Shown here: positions 24,052 through 36,420 of the stretch, piece by piece | Layout of the letters: the number at the start of each line of letters is the position of its first letter | Numbering within the stretch: the stretch's first letter is position 1 | Assembly (NCBI RefSeq): GCF_001194135.2 | Contig: NC_068989.1 | Coordinates: 6,617,515 to 6,681,514 of the forward strand | Source: Octopus bimaculoides | Lineage: Eukaryota | Reading direction: 5' to 3' | DNA: 64,000 nucleotides | The notes under the pieces: generated by a model | The model's input: only the letters and a program-made list of their open reading frames with translations | What the model was told of the DNA's origin: nothing | Databases searched by the model: none | Made by a program: the position numbers and the translations under genes

Positions 24052-24389
24052 GTTGTCTCTCAAGAGGGTCATTATCCCAATAAAAACACGCGCACTAGTT
24101 CTCTTTTACTTTTTTTAATTATTTATTAGTCAATTAGTGAAATTTCACCAAGTCAAGAATCAGTTGTTTACTTAATCCTTTGGATAATCAATCATCTAGG
24201 TTGGTCAAAATCCTTTCGTCGCCTTTTGTAATCTCCTCAATGATAATCCCCCCTCAGCTACAGGTCTCTTAGAACAATTAAAGAAGCAACCGATTAGTTA
24301 ATTGGTTAAAAGGTTGATAATAATAAAAGTAGTGACATAGAACCAGCGCACGTGTTTTTACTAATATAATGACCCTCCAGAGATACAAC
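24052..24389. mobile_element. MITE-like element, copy 2 of the 14236 family
   Basis: Left GTTGTCTCTCAAGAGGGTCATTAT..TAAAAACACGCGCACTAGTTCT versus right AGAACCAGCGCACGTGTTTTTA..ATAATGACCCTCCAGAGATACAAC; interior AATCAATCA..TTTCGTC shared with copy 1. Confidence 0.8.
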
Positions 24390-24465
24390 AAAATCTGATT
24401 CAACATGCGAGTGCACATCAAGAATCTCGCAAACCTAATGCAAAAACGAAACCTTCGTTTTCCAG

Positions 24466-24598
24466 ATATTGATAATCAGGGTTGCAGCAAACACCACATT
24501 TACGCAGCAACACAGCCAGAATATATAATTATTTGTGTGTTTCTCTGCAGATTAATACGTATCTTCAGATCTACTCCTTCATTTGCAATGCTGTGTAT
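24466..24598 (+). repeat. ~130 bp direct repeat, left copy
   Basis: Nearly identical to 25026-25157. Confidence 0.95.
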
Positions 24599-24599
24599 A

Positions 24600-25011
24600 G
24601 GCGTAGGAGTGGCTGTGTGGTAAGTAGCTTGCTTACGAACCACATGGTTCCGGGTTGATTCCCACTGCGTGGCACCTTGGGCAAGTGTCTTTTACTAAAG
24701 CCTCGGACCGACCAAAGCCTTGTGAGCGGATTTGGTAGACAGAAACTGAAAGAAGCCCGTCGTATATATATGTATATATATATATTTATATGTGAGTGTG
24801 TCTGTGTTTGTCCCCCCAACATCGCTTGACAACCGATGCTGGTGTATTTACGTCTCCGTAACTTAGCGGTTCGGCAAAAGAGACCGATAGGATAAGTAGT
24901 AGGCTTACAAAGAATAAGTCCTGGGGTCGATTTGCTCGACTAAAGGTGGTGCTCCATCATGGCCACAGTCAAATGACTGAAACAAGTAAAATGAGTAAAA
25001 GAGTAAAGAGT
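24600..25011 (+). mobile_element. SINE family B, full-length reference copy
   Basis: GGCGTAGGAGTGGCTGTGTGG (A-box-like), CCGGGTTGATTCCC (B-box-like), GCACCTTGGGCAAGTG (CORE-like), internal (TA)/(TG), tail (AAAAGAGT)n. Confidence 0.95.
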
Positions 25012-25025
25012 ATATAACAACCAAA

Positions 25026-25157
25026 ATATTGATAACCAGAGTTGCACCAAACACCACATTTACGCAGCAACACAGCCAGAATATATAATTATTTGTGTGT
25101 TTCTCTGCAGATTAATACGTATCTTCAGATCTACTTCTTCATTTGCAATGCTGTATA
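25026..25157 (+). repeat. ~130 bp direct repeat, right copy
   Basis: Nearly identical to 24466-24598. Confidence 0.95.
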
Positions 25158-25533
25158 TTAACATTCTATTTACAGAATAGTTGTTTGGCAAGAAGTTCTA
25201 AATTCCTTGGCGTTTTAGAATTGAGAGAAAGATTATAATTCTTTCCGGTTTATTTGTCTCCATTTTAATATTAATCTCTCTTCGTTGTAAAACATCATCG
25301 ATAACAACATTGGGAATTAGTATTAACCGTAATCCTGCTTGCAGATAGAACTAATTATTTTTACTGCACTGCATTTGCGTTCTTGCTACGTCTTCTGTGA
25401 TGATTCTGTTGTTATTGATGAGGAAGCTGCAGCTGCCGAGTTTGATAATGATGACGATGACAATGACAACCACAATTGCAGCAGCAAAGGTGATGATGAT
25501 GATGATAATAATAATAATAATAATAATAATAAT

Positions 25534-26057
25534 AGAGTTCTGTAGAAATCACGGCCTACAAAGAGCAAAGACGTGGTATGAGCAAACCCCAGAAAGAGCC
25601 ACCGACAATAAGAATTGCAAACGCTTGTGGGATGCAATGATCCATTGCGGTCACCTGACCAGACATCGGTTACCGGACATTCTTGTGGTGAATAAAAAAC
25701 AAAGAAGTTGCATGATAATCGATATAGCATGCCCAGGTGACAACAAGATCAATGTGAAAGAAGAAAAAATAAACAACTATGACGATTTGAAGCTGGTAAT
25801 ACGAAGGTTGTGGTCAGTGAAGAGAGTAGACAAGATGCCAATAGTAATTGGTGCACTTGCGGGTATCAGCACTCAACTGCCAACATAGCTGAAAAGGATT
25901 GGTGCAAGTGTGAAGGTAAGAACACCTACAAAAATCAGCAGTGCTTAGAACTGCAGGATTCTTGAAGCATGACCAGTAAACAAGTGTCACTTTAGTCTGC
26001 TGGCTGCGGACAGCTGACACTTTCCATCTTACCCAGCAAAATAAGCTGAGAGTTTTC

Positions 26058-26058
<1 letters not shown>
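25534..26058 (+). mobile_element. 5'-truncated R4/Dong retrotransposon: RLE endonuclease domain plus 3' UTR, pseudogenised
   Basis: FCRNHGLQRAKTWYEQTPE..KRLWD..RLPDILVVNKKQRSCMIIDIACPGD..KEEKINNYDDLK..RRLW..PIVIGALAG; premature stop at 25886; frameshifted HLQKSAVLRTAG; (AAT)n on both sides. Confidence 0.95.
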
Positions 26059-26088
<30 letters not shown>

Positions 26089-26372
26089 TTTGTCAAAGTG
26101 ACAAAACCCAGCATGAAAACAGAACTACAAGACATACAAAAGAAAAAAAACGGAGAGAAAAGTCACAGAGAAGAAATGAGTCGAAGAGAAAACCAACCAT
26201 GGCTCAAGAGTTCCGGACTAAAAGCTGAAACAGAAGGACTGATTTCGCTGCCCAAGACCAATGCCTAACTACAAACAACTGTAAAAGCAAAATAATGAAA
26301 ACAGGCTCTAACACTAAATGCAGAATGTGCAATCAGCACAATGAGACAGTTAGCCACATCATCTCAGGCTTT
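26089..26372 (+). mobile_element. Second R4/Dong fragment (CCHC zinc-knuckle region)
   Basis: WLKSSGLKAETEGLI, frameshift, AAQDQCLTTN..KCRMCNQHNETVSHIISG (last Cys lost at the junction). Confidence 0.9.
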
Positions 26373-26373
26373 C

Positions 26374-26569
26374 AGCACAAGGCCTGAAATTTGAAGGGAG
26401 GGGGCTAGTCCGTTTCAGCGACTCCAGTGTTTCACTGATACTTGATTTATCGACCCTGAAATGATGAAAGGCAAAGTTGACCACGGCGGAATTTGAACTC
26501 CGAACATAAGGACGAACGAAAAGCCGCTAAGCATTTGCACTGCGCGCTAACGATTCAGCCAGCTAGCCT
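26374..26569 (-). mobile_element. SINE family A
   Basis: AGCACAAGGCCTGAAATTT...CCGCTAAGCATTTGC...CCAGCTAGCC then (AAT)n. Confidence 0.9.
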
Positions 26570-28039
26570 CATCATAATAATAATAATAACAATACTTATT
26601 CTAAGCATTTCTGTTCTCTTTGAATCCTTCCGTTGACCTTAATTCCTTCTATGTATGCTTTTCATTGAGCAGTATCGCTCATATTCTTTAAGTAACGAAC
26701 ATTATTCATGTTCTCCAAGACGTACTTGATTTTCGTTCCAATTGTTCTCTTTCTCAAAGCATGACTAAGTTGATTATCGTTTTTTTTTTTTTCAGAATAC
26801 TCGAAGTGCACCAACCAGCAGCGATAATGACATTGATTGCATTGCTAAGTGCAATAAAAAGGCTGGAGTGGATCGAAGTCTCCCTCCGTGCATGTTTATC
26901 AGGGAAGGCACTGAGTGGTAGCATTCCCCCGGGCGTATGGCAGAATATTTGCCCCCCGGGGTATGGCCGCATTGTGATGAGAACAAACGATGCATCTAAT
27001 CCCTAGCGGTTGTGATCGGTTCCGTAATGAATGAAAACCCNNNNNNNNNNNNNNNNNNNNNNNNNNNNNNNNNNNNNNNNNNNNNNNNNNNNNNNNNNNN
27101 NNNNNNNNNNNNNNNNNNNNNNNNNNNNNNNNNNNNNNNNNNNNNNNNNNNNNNNNNNNNNNNNNNNNNNNNNNNNNNNNNNNNNNNNNNNNNNNNNNNN
27201 NNNNNNNNNNNNNNNNNNNNNNNNNNNNNNNNNNNNNNNNNNNNNNNNNNNNNNNNNNNNNNNNNNNNNNNNNNNNNNNNNNNNNNNNNNNNNNNNNNNN
27301 NNNNNNNNNNNNNNNNNNNNNNNNNNNNNNNNNNNNNNNNNNNNNNNNNNNNNNNNNNNNNNNNNNNNNNNNNNNNNNNNNNNNNNNNNNNNNNNNNNNN
27401 NNNNNNNNNNNNNNNNNNNNNNNNNNNNNNNNNNNNNNNNNNNNNNNNNNNNNNNNNNNNNNNNNNNNNNNNNNNNNNNNNNNNNNNNNNNNNNNNNNNN
27501 NNNNNNNNNNNNNNNNNNNNNNNNNNNNNNNNNNNNNNNNNNNNNNNNNNNNNNNNNNNNNNNNNNNNNNNNNNNNNNNNNNNNNNNNNNNNNNNNNNNN
27601 NNNNNNNNNNNNNNNNNNNNNNNNNNNNNNNNNNNNNNNNATATATATACAAGAGATAAAATAAAACTTAGCAGAACCTCATCCAATTCGATGACGTAGT
27701 TCTCCGGTGGTTAACCGACAACAGCGATAGAATTCTCCGAACGAACATAAATTGTCTTTTATCTATATTATTGCACTTCATTAAAAACTAGAGAAAAAAT
27801 AAAGGAGAGAGAACATAAAGAAGCAATAGAAATAGAAGACAAGATTGCAAATGCCATTTGCCAATATTCCATTTGTATATTAAGAGAGAGAATACAAAGA
27901 AAATCCATATACGTATATTATGATACAAGTGTTATATCAAGGGCATAAGCGGCTTTGATAGCAAATGATATTATATTACAAATATTCCAAATAGTGCTGG
28001 ATATAAATTCAACCGGTATATGCATATATATAGGTATAT

Positions 28040-28064
28040 GTATGTACATATGTGTGTGGGGGTG

Positions 28065-28096
<32 letters not shown>

Positions 28097-28203
28097 TACA
28101 TATATATACACACATAGATATGTATATATGTACATATATATATACACATATATACACATACATAGATATGTATATATATACACATATATACACATATATA
28201 CAG

Positions 28204-28268
<65 letters not shown>

Positions 28269-28285
28269 TTCACATATATATATAA
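28040..28285. repeat. (TA)/(CA) compound microsatellite
   Basis: Direct inspection. Confidence 0.9.
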
Positions 28286-29349
28286 CTATGTCAACAGCCC
28301 GGATACCTATTGATCAGCCCTCGTACACTTTCCCTAAAAGTCATTAGATCATACGCTCGCGCAGTATCATATGTTGCCATTGGATGTTGTGGCATTACAG
28401 AGTACAGCCTTTGAGAGGTGGGATACACCCCAGTCGTCAGTTGGTAGGACTTCGGGATTTACTGGTTGAGCTGTGAATTGGTGATTGTGTAGGCGTGTGA
28501 CATTTCAAGCTATTTTTTTCAAGCAGAAATATCTGGCCTTAACTTTGTGGGAACTGAAGAGTTTATGATACCTATAGGATCTCGAGCACACTTTTAAATA
28601 GCGGCAGGAAGTTCCTACTTATTTTCATTGAAACGTCAAGATTGCATGGGGGATTGAACCAAATTATCTTTGTCTTTCACGCTCGCAACGGATTCGGATG
28701 TCTGGGAGTCACCCAACTACAGAACTAGATCAAATGATTCGCTATATGGGCTTACATATATAAATGAACACACGTTTCCAACAATAAATGCCCCTAGTAG
28801 AGATTCAATCCCTCAAATGTTAGTCGAGATTTGGCTCCTTCATTTGGTAGTATGTGAAAGACTCATCAGACAAAGACACAGTAGCTGTCTTTTGGCCTTT
28901 CTTTCTCTATTTATTTTACATTCCTCTTTCTCTCTCTCTCTCTCTCTCTCCCACGCTTTCTCTGCATATAATATATGTGTACGTACACACACACATGCAT
29001 AGCTACATGCACACATACACGCACGTATATATTCAAACGGAATAGTATCAAGAGTGCTGTAGATGAGGAAATGTTTGCAATATCAAACATGCAAGTAATT
29101 TCTGAAATAATTTCTTTAATTAAACGACGCCTAGCTTCAATTAACTGTACTAATGAATGCTCTGTTTAAATTATGGTCAGGTCGCAACTAATTTGATACA
29201 TTAAATGTATCTCATTGAAATTATGACGTATGTAAATGCTGAATGAGACATACTGAATTGTGTATGACCTTAGGTTATAAGGCCTGTGTCCAGTGTTTCA
29301 TGGAATGGAGAGTCAGAATTTGCCAATCAGCTGTTACTTCGAGCAGACT

Positions 29350-29712
29350 GAGAAAGAGGGAGAGAGAGAGAGAGAGAGAGGGAGAGAGGGAGAGAGAGAG
29401 GGAGAGAGAGAGAGAGAGAGAGAGAGGAAGAGAGAAAAATTTTGTGTCAGCCAACAGGTTGTATTATGGGTGATCAAAATTATCAGTCTATCTATCGATC
29501 TAACTATGTAACTCCTTCTCCCCCACTCTCTCTCTCCCCCACTCTCTCTCTCCCCCACATATATACACATATATATATTGTACACTTATATTTATGTATA
29601 TGCGTATTGTACATTTATATATAAATATATATATAAATGTGCATATATATATATATATAAATGTGCATATATATATAAATGTGCATATATATATATATAT
29701 ATATAAATGTGC

Positions 29713-29748
<36 letters not shown>

Positions 29749-29876
29749 ACGTTCGAAGATACACATTCCTATATCTATATCTGTAAATATTTCAGTATAT
29801 GTAAGTCTGTTTGTATGCATGTGTATACTTACAAACATATATATATATACATATATATATATATACATACACACGC

Positions 29877-29909
<33 letters not shown>

Positions 29910-29960
29910 CATGTATGTATATATATATATATATACACATATATATCGTGCGTAGATGTT
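29350..29960. repeat. (GA)n, (CT)n, ATAAATGTGC(AT)n minisatellite and (TG)/(TA) arrays
   Basis: Direct inspection. Confidence 0.9.
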
Positions 29961-30226
29961 TCCGTGCCACAGCTTATCTCAGGCTATCAGTCTATTTAAT
30001 CAATCTATTCATCTATATACTTCCTTTCTTTTATTTTTTTTACAGTCTTTCCTTGTATGCTTCCGACACTTTCTCTCTGATTCTCTATTTGTGTGTATAC
30101 ATATGTATGTGTGTGCGTATATGTACATATATATATGTATATATATATATATATATATACACATATATATACATACATGTATATGTATGTGTGTACACAT
30201 TTACATACATATCTCTATTCCCCCTC

Positions 30227-30260
<34 letters not shown>

Positions 30261-30880
30261 CGTCGGTGTTTGCGTGCTTTGTATATATACTTGTGCGTAT
30301 ATGTGTGTATGTGAGTGTCTGTGCACATACATCCCACGCATAAAACACACACACACACACGTATACAGTGCACTCACGCAAGATATTCACAACCGTATAT
30401 ACACACAAAATTATGTACAGGGGAGAGAGTGAGATAGAAATGTCGGCCGATCTTCATGAATACCAACCTACCAGTCTACTTCCCTCCCTAACCACCTACA
30501 TACATACATACGTACATACATACATACGTACATACATACATACATACATATGTGCGTGCATGCATAATATCTACATACACACATAATTGATACATCATAA
30601 GAATTTCGACCAAATAAGATTTGGCCGAAACAGTTATATAAAAATAGGAACATTGACCTCTAAGAACGCTGGTCTCTTCAGAATGTATATCATAGGCATT
30701 GAGACAGGAAGCGAAATTCATTAAAACTACCAGCCATTAAATTCATTGATAACAAAATATGCGATATGAAAGCCATTCGTATTAAAATCATTGATACGAA
30801 AATTCAATGATATTAAAAGCAACTATGCTGATTGATAATAATTGATCTTCTGTTAGAGAAAGCACTGATTTTCTTCACAG

Positions 30881-31046
30881 TTTTGACATGTTAATTATTG
30901 GTGTCATCTTCCTGACCTCTATTGATATTGTACAAATATGTAAGATGATGCTATTCTCAGGACGAAGCCTCGAATGCTTTCTCATACTGTTACGATCTAT
31001 ATATTTCAGGCATTGTTTGAATAAGAAAAATCGTGTGCAAGCGAAA
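30881..31046 (+). other. Two candidate small exons (30881-30939 and 31010-31046) with a 70-nt intron
   Basis: TTTTCTTCACAG|...AT|GTAAGA and ATATTTCAG|...AAA|GTAAGT; the spliced product encodes only MLIIGVIFLTSIDIVQICIV*. Confidence 0.35.
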
Positions 31047-31165
31047 GTAAGTGAGATGGATCTGATGCCTCTCCGAGTTATGCTTACGCTACGTTGCAAA
31101 ATTTGACGTAGGTAGAGAATCTCTCATTAATTGCTTCACACAGTAGTGAACAGCACGAGACCATT

Positions 31166-31355
31166 GTTTCTGTTGTACCTGTGTTTCAAAGAGGCCAGCC
31201 TTGTCACACTGTGTCACGCTGAATATCCCCGAGAACTACGTCAAGGGTACACGTGTCTGTGGAGTGCTCAGCCACTTGCACGTTAATTTCACGAGCAGAC
31301 TGTTCCGTTGATCGGATCAACTGGAACCCTCGTCGTCGTAACCGACGGAGTGCCA
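31166..31355 (+). mobile_element. SINE family C, 3' half
   Basis: TTCAAAGAGGCCAGCCTTGTCAC...CTCGTCGTCGTAACCGACGGAGTGCC. Confidence 0.95.
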
Positions 31356-32009
31356 CATGATATTTAATACATTTATAAATGAGGAAAGGAAGAAGTCTGC
31401 TTGTCAATTTTTTCGTGTTCTTCCTTTTCTCATTCATATTATATATTTATATATTCACTATGAGGATATTTAGACCTCTTATAGAGATGGTTTTATCCAA
31501 GATACACTGGTTTAATATATTGTATTTTGAAGAGATATTTCTCCAATGAATATATTCTATAAAATATCGTAAAATATCAAACATAATTATTGAGTTAGAA
31601 AACAGAGAGATCTAATGGATAAAAATTAATTTATCAATTAACATATTCACCTACAGCTGTTTTGTTTCACAAACAAAATTAAAATAACAAAACATATATA
31701 TACACGCATGATAAACATGTCTATATAGGCTGAGTATTCCAAACCAATCATGATGTAATCCTTTGTATTGTCCTTTGTACACCCTGATGATTTTCCATAG
31801 AAGGTATTTAAAATGCAAAATTATATATTTATATATGTTTTGTAATTTTAATTTTGCTTGTGAAATGAAACAGTTGTAGGTGAATATGTTGATTAATTAA
31901 TGAATTAATTTGTACCCATTAGATCTCTTTTTTCTCACTAAATAATATTTGATATTTTACTATATAAGATCNNNNNNNNNNNNNNNNNNNNNNNNNNNNN
32001 NNNNNNNNN

Positions 32010-32046
<37 letters not shown>

Positions 32047-32051
<5 letters not shown>

Positions 32052-32138
32052 CACGACGGGCTTCTTTCAGTTTTCAGTTTCCGTCTACCAAATTCACTCA
32101 CAAGGCTTTGGTTGGCTCGTGGCTATAATAGAAGACTA
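32047..32138 (-). mobile_element. SINE family B fragment
   Basis: ACGACGGGCTTCTTTCAGTTT...CACTCACAAGGCTTTGG...GCTATAATAGAAGAC. Confidence 0.9.
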
Positions 32139-32178
<40 letters not shown>

Positions 32179-32328
32179 TATCTGTAACCCAGCTTATTAG
32201 GGATGGCTAAAGATTACGAACCGCTATTCTTGAAGTATCTTACTTGATAGAGTCTAAAGGTTTATGGCGGCAGTCACCACAATTTCCCTTTCAGCAATTT
32301 TTCTAAACGACAGAGATGCAACGATATA

Positions 32329-32670
32329 AGAATTATAGAGACAGAAAATGGCAAGTTCTTGTGGAACTTTAATAACCAAAATGATTATTTAATAGAAAGC
32401 AGATGTACCAACATTATTTTGATAAAATTAAGAAACATATGTTTATAGATTTAGCCGTTCCACAAGGTTGTATCACGGGATAAATACCAATTTTTTTTGT
32501 AATGCAACGAGAATGTGAAAAAAATTTGGTCATAGAAAAGGAGTGGAAATAGTTGTGAAAGAAACTTAGTCATTAATTCTGGCTACTTGGTAACTGAAAG
32601 AATTTTGAAAACAGCTAGAAATGGAAACCATTTTGGAACAAATCCAAAAAATAATTTTAAAACCTCCTTT
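32329..32670 (+). mobile_element. Ancient R4/Dong RLE fragment
   Basis: IIETENGKFLWNFNNQNDYLIESRCTNIILIK, frameshift, FIDLAVP, later LEQIQKIIL; compare the recalled consensus VIENE..KILWDF.IQTD..IEAR.PDI...IDIAVP. Confidence 0.6.
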
Positions 32671-33889
32671 ATTTTGGCAACAAACAGGCAGAACATTCTG
32701 CTGATAAGTTTGACAACTTACGCTACTGGTTGAGACCAGTTTCAAGAAAAGCAAACCAGTTGAAACTGGGTAGTTGAGTAAATAAAATTAAGCAAACAAA
32801 AAAGAAACATCATTCTAAAACAATTATGAAAACAATAAAAAACAAACTGAATTGAGAACAAAATTAAAATATATTTAACGCTATTGAAATATTTAAACAT
32901 GTTCATTAGACATCGAAATTAATTATCTCCCCACCCTCTCTCTCTCTCTCGATAGAAAATGATTANNNNNNNNNNNNNNNNNNNNNNNNNNNNNNNNNNN
33001 NNNNNNNNNNNNNNNNNNNNNNNNNNNNNNNNNNNNNNNNNNNNNNNNNNNNNNNNNNNNNNNNNTATATATATATAATTTTCTATCTCGTATGAAATAT
33101 ATAACTCACGCCGTCTTCCCCTCTGTGACAATATCTCTATATATCTATCTATCTGTCTATCTATCTATCGATACATTTTTATCACTCTATATTCTTCAAC
33201 GCCATTAATTTATCGTTGCTATGTTTACTTGAACGTTCAGAAATATCTCTTCTTTTTCCACTCTTCCATTTAATTCACTCAGTATTTTATAACGTTTAAG
33301 TATTTCTCCATTCCTCTCTTTTCGTCCAGAGACCATCTCTCTGATAAGCCTTTATAACTAATTCATCACCAACAACTCCAATCCTAATACCATTCTCTTC
33401 TTCAGCTCCTCTCACTGAACAACTCTCTATATCCGTCTACTTCTTTGCCTCTCTACTTCTCTCTTTCTCTATCTATTTTCCCCCTCTCAATACATCAGTC
33501 TTTCAATATATTTCGCTACAAATCTCTGACATCCACCCTCTGTCCGTTTTTCTTTCTCTTTCTGTACTTCTCTTGATTTCAGTCCTCACACTACGACCAA
33601 ATTCAACCAAACACAAAGCTGTACCATACAACATCCTTCCAGTAATCCTCTTGAGTCGAAATGTTTAAATTTTTAACAGTTTAATTGGATGTATTCGGTC
33701 GTTTTAAACAATTTCCTTTGTGCGCTACTCATTTCACTTGCTTGTTGTCATTTCAGTGGTAATGCTTCTTGTACTCGCTAGAGTTATTCTTGCTGTAGTT
33801 GTTTTGGCTTTCCCATATTGATTTCTCAATACAAAAACACGGAAATCACACTAAGAGTTGGTTTGTTTGCTTTTCTTTTTGCTCAATAC

Positions 33890-33894
<5 letters not shown>

Positions 33895-33964
<70 letters not shown>

Positions 33965-34735
33965 CATATGTATGACATCCATATATATGCACACACACAC
34001 ACACACATATGTACGTGATATACATATGCATGTATGTAATGCATATATGTGTGTGTACGTATATGCACACATTCATATATGTATGTGAGGCATATATATA
34101 TATATATATACATGTATTTATGTATGCATATATGCATGTAATATATACACGTGTATAAATGTAACGTAGGTGCTTGTGTGTGTGTGCATACATTTAGACA
34201 TATACATATACATATCTACATATACATATATACAAATACATACATATACATACATATATATACATACATAAACATATACACACATATATATATATGCATA
34301 TATATATATATATACACATATATACATATACACATATACACATATATATACACAAATACCATACATGTATACATATATACACATTTATACATATACACAG
34401 ATACATATTCACATACACATATACACACATATACATATTCACACATACATATACACACATACAAACATATATGCACACACATACACACATATATATACAC
34501 ACATATATACATATACAAACATGTACACATATATATACACACATATATACATATACAAACATGTACACACACATATATACACACATATATACATATACAA
34601 ATATATATACGCACACATGTATACACATATATATACATATACAAACATATACACAACATGCATATATATATATATATACATATATACACACACATATATA
34701 TATATATACATATATACACACATATATAAATGTGC
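33895..34735. repeat. Long (TA)/(CA) compound array
   Basis: Direct inspection; source of the poly-HIY/CVY ORFs. Confidence 0.95.
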
Positions 34736-35351
34736 TTCTTGTATTTATGAAAGTTTTCAGTGAAAAAGTTGCTTTCTCATGCATAATTACACATGCACAC
34801 ATGATTTTAAAGTCTCGAGGACAACTTAAAGGACGGAAAGAAAGCCATACGGGGGGGGGGGTAGAAAGAAAGAGAAAAGCAGAGAAACGGACTGGCAGAA
34901 ACTCAGCGTATGTATGTGTGTGCGTGTGTGTGTGTCTACTTGTATGTGCGTATAAATGTCCACTTGTTTTATACCAATGTGTGTGTGTGTGAAAATGAGT
35001 ATGTACCGAATTTTTTTTCTTCTCATTATAGAAGTGAAAAATAAAATGGCTGGCAGCATCGGACTATTGAACGAGTTACTCCAGTATAGGAACATGAGAG
35101 GCCACGTTTAAGGATTTGAAACAGTTAATAATTCTGTCATGAAAACAGCCAGCATTTGACGACAGATATTTTCTCATAAGAGAGTTCCAAGTCACTCCTT
35201 TAAAGGCGTAACAGTTATTCCTGGTTCTCTCTCCCTCTCTTCTCTCGAGTTAACGAGGATACGTTTAGGTGGTCACTCGAAATGCTAGAAATACCGGGAA
35301 AATCTCCCTCAACTCCTACCTTAACCTCTTTTGTAAATTACACATAAGAGA

Positions 35352-35762
35352 AAGGCGGCGAGCTTGGCAGAAACGTTAGCGCGTCGGGCGAAATGCTTAG
35401 CGGTATTTCGTCTGCCGCTAAGTTCTGAGTTCAAATTCCACCGAGGTCGACTTTGCCTTTCATCCTTTCGGGGTCGATAAATTAAGTGCCAGTTACGCAC
35501 TGGGGTCGATGAAATCGACTTAATCCCTTTGTCTGTCCTTGTTTGTCCCCTCTATGTTTCGTCCCTTGTGGGCAATAAAGAAATAAGAAATTTTAGCTCG
35601 CCGGGCGAAATGCTTAGCGGTATTTCGTTTGTCTTTACGTTCTGAGTTCAAATTCCGCCGTGGTCGACTTTGCCTTTCATCCTTTCAGGGGTCGATAAAC
35701 TAAGTACCAGTTGCGTACTGGGGTTTATCTCATCGACTGGCACCCTCCCCCAAAATTTCTGA
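35352..35762 (+). mobile_element. Dimeric SINE A (long-tail monomer fused to a headless second monomer)
   Basis: Monomer 1 ends CCTTGTGGGCAATAAAGAAATAAGAA and continues directly into TTAGCTCGCCGGGCGAAATGCTTAGCGG. Confidence 0.95.
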
Positions 35763-36199
35763 CCATAAAGAATCTCATTATCTGCCCTTTCTACTCCACC
35801 TCTCTCTCTCTCTTTTCCATTTGTCTCTTATTCTTTCAGCCTCCTTCTCAATTTCTTTTTCACTCTCACATACACGTTACTCTCTCTCCTGTCTCTTCTC
35901 TCTCTCTCTTCCATCTGTCTTCTCCCGCCTCTTTTATCACAATCCCCTTCTCTCTTTCTCTCGCTCTCTGCTCCCTGCTAAATCTAATAAAAGATTGATC
36001 TGTGTTTATCGATCTAGCCATCCACTCTATAACACAAGCCGTGCACCACATTGCTGCGCCGTCTTTATAATATAGCACAATAGATGGCGTAGCACCGAGA
36101 TGAAAACGATACGATTCTGGTTGTCTTGAATGCATTATGACCAAAGATCGACTTCACGAGAGCTGACTTGGGTGCTGAACAACAAAACAGCAGCTATAA

Positions 36200-36355
36200 C
36201 AATCCTTCTAATTTTCGTGAAGGTTAGTAATTTCGAGGGGAAGGCGAACTGGTTATATCAAACTCCAGTACTCAAGCGGTACTTATTATATCGAACGCGA
36301 ACGGGTAAAAGGTGAAGGTGACCCCGGTGGAATTTGAAATCAGAATGTAAAGATA
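36200..36355 (-). mobile_element. SINE family A, decayed
   Basis: ACTCCAGTACTCAAGCGGTACTTATT...GACCCCGGTGGAATTTGAAATCAGAATGTAAAGA. Confidence 0.7.
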
Positions 36356-36420
36356 TAAAAAATAAAAAAAATAATAAAACACGGCATTTATAATAACTGC
36401 TTTATATTTAAGCGCTTTTC

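Noticed and set aside
36075-36090. CTCF/YY1-like motif CACAATAGATGGCG
   Set aside because: Single imperfect short match; not supportable without binding data.
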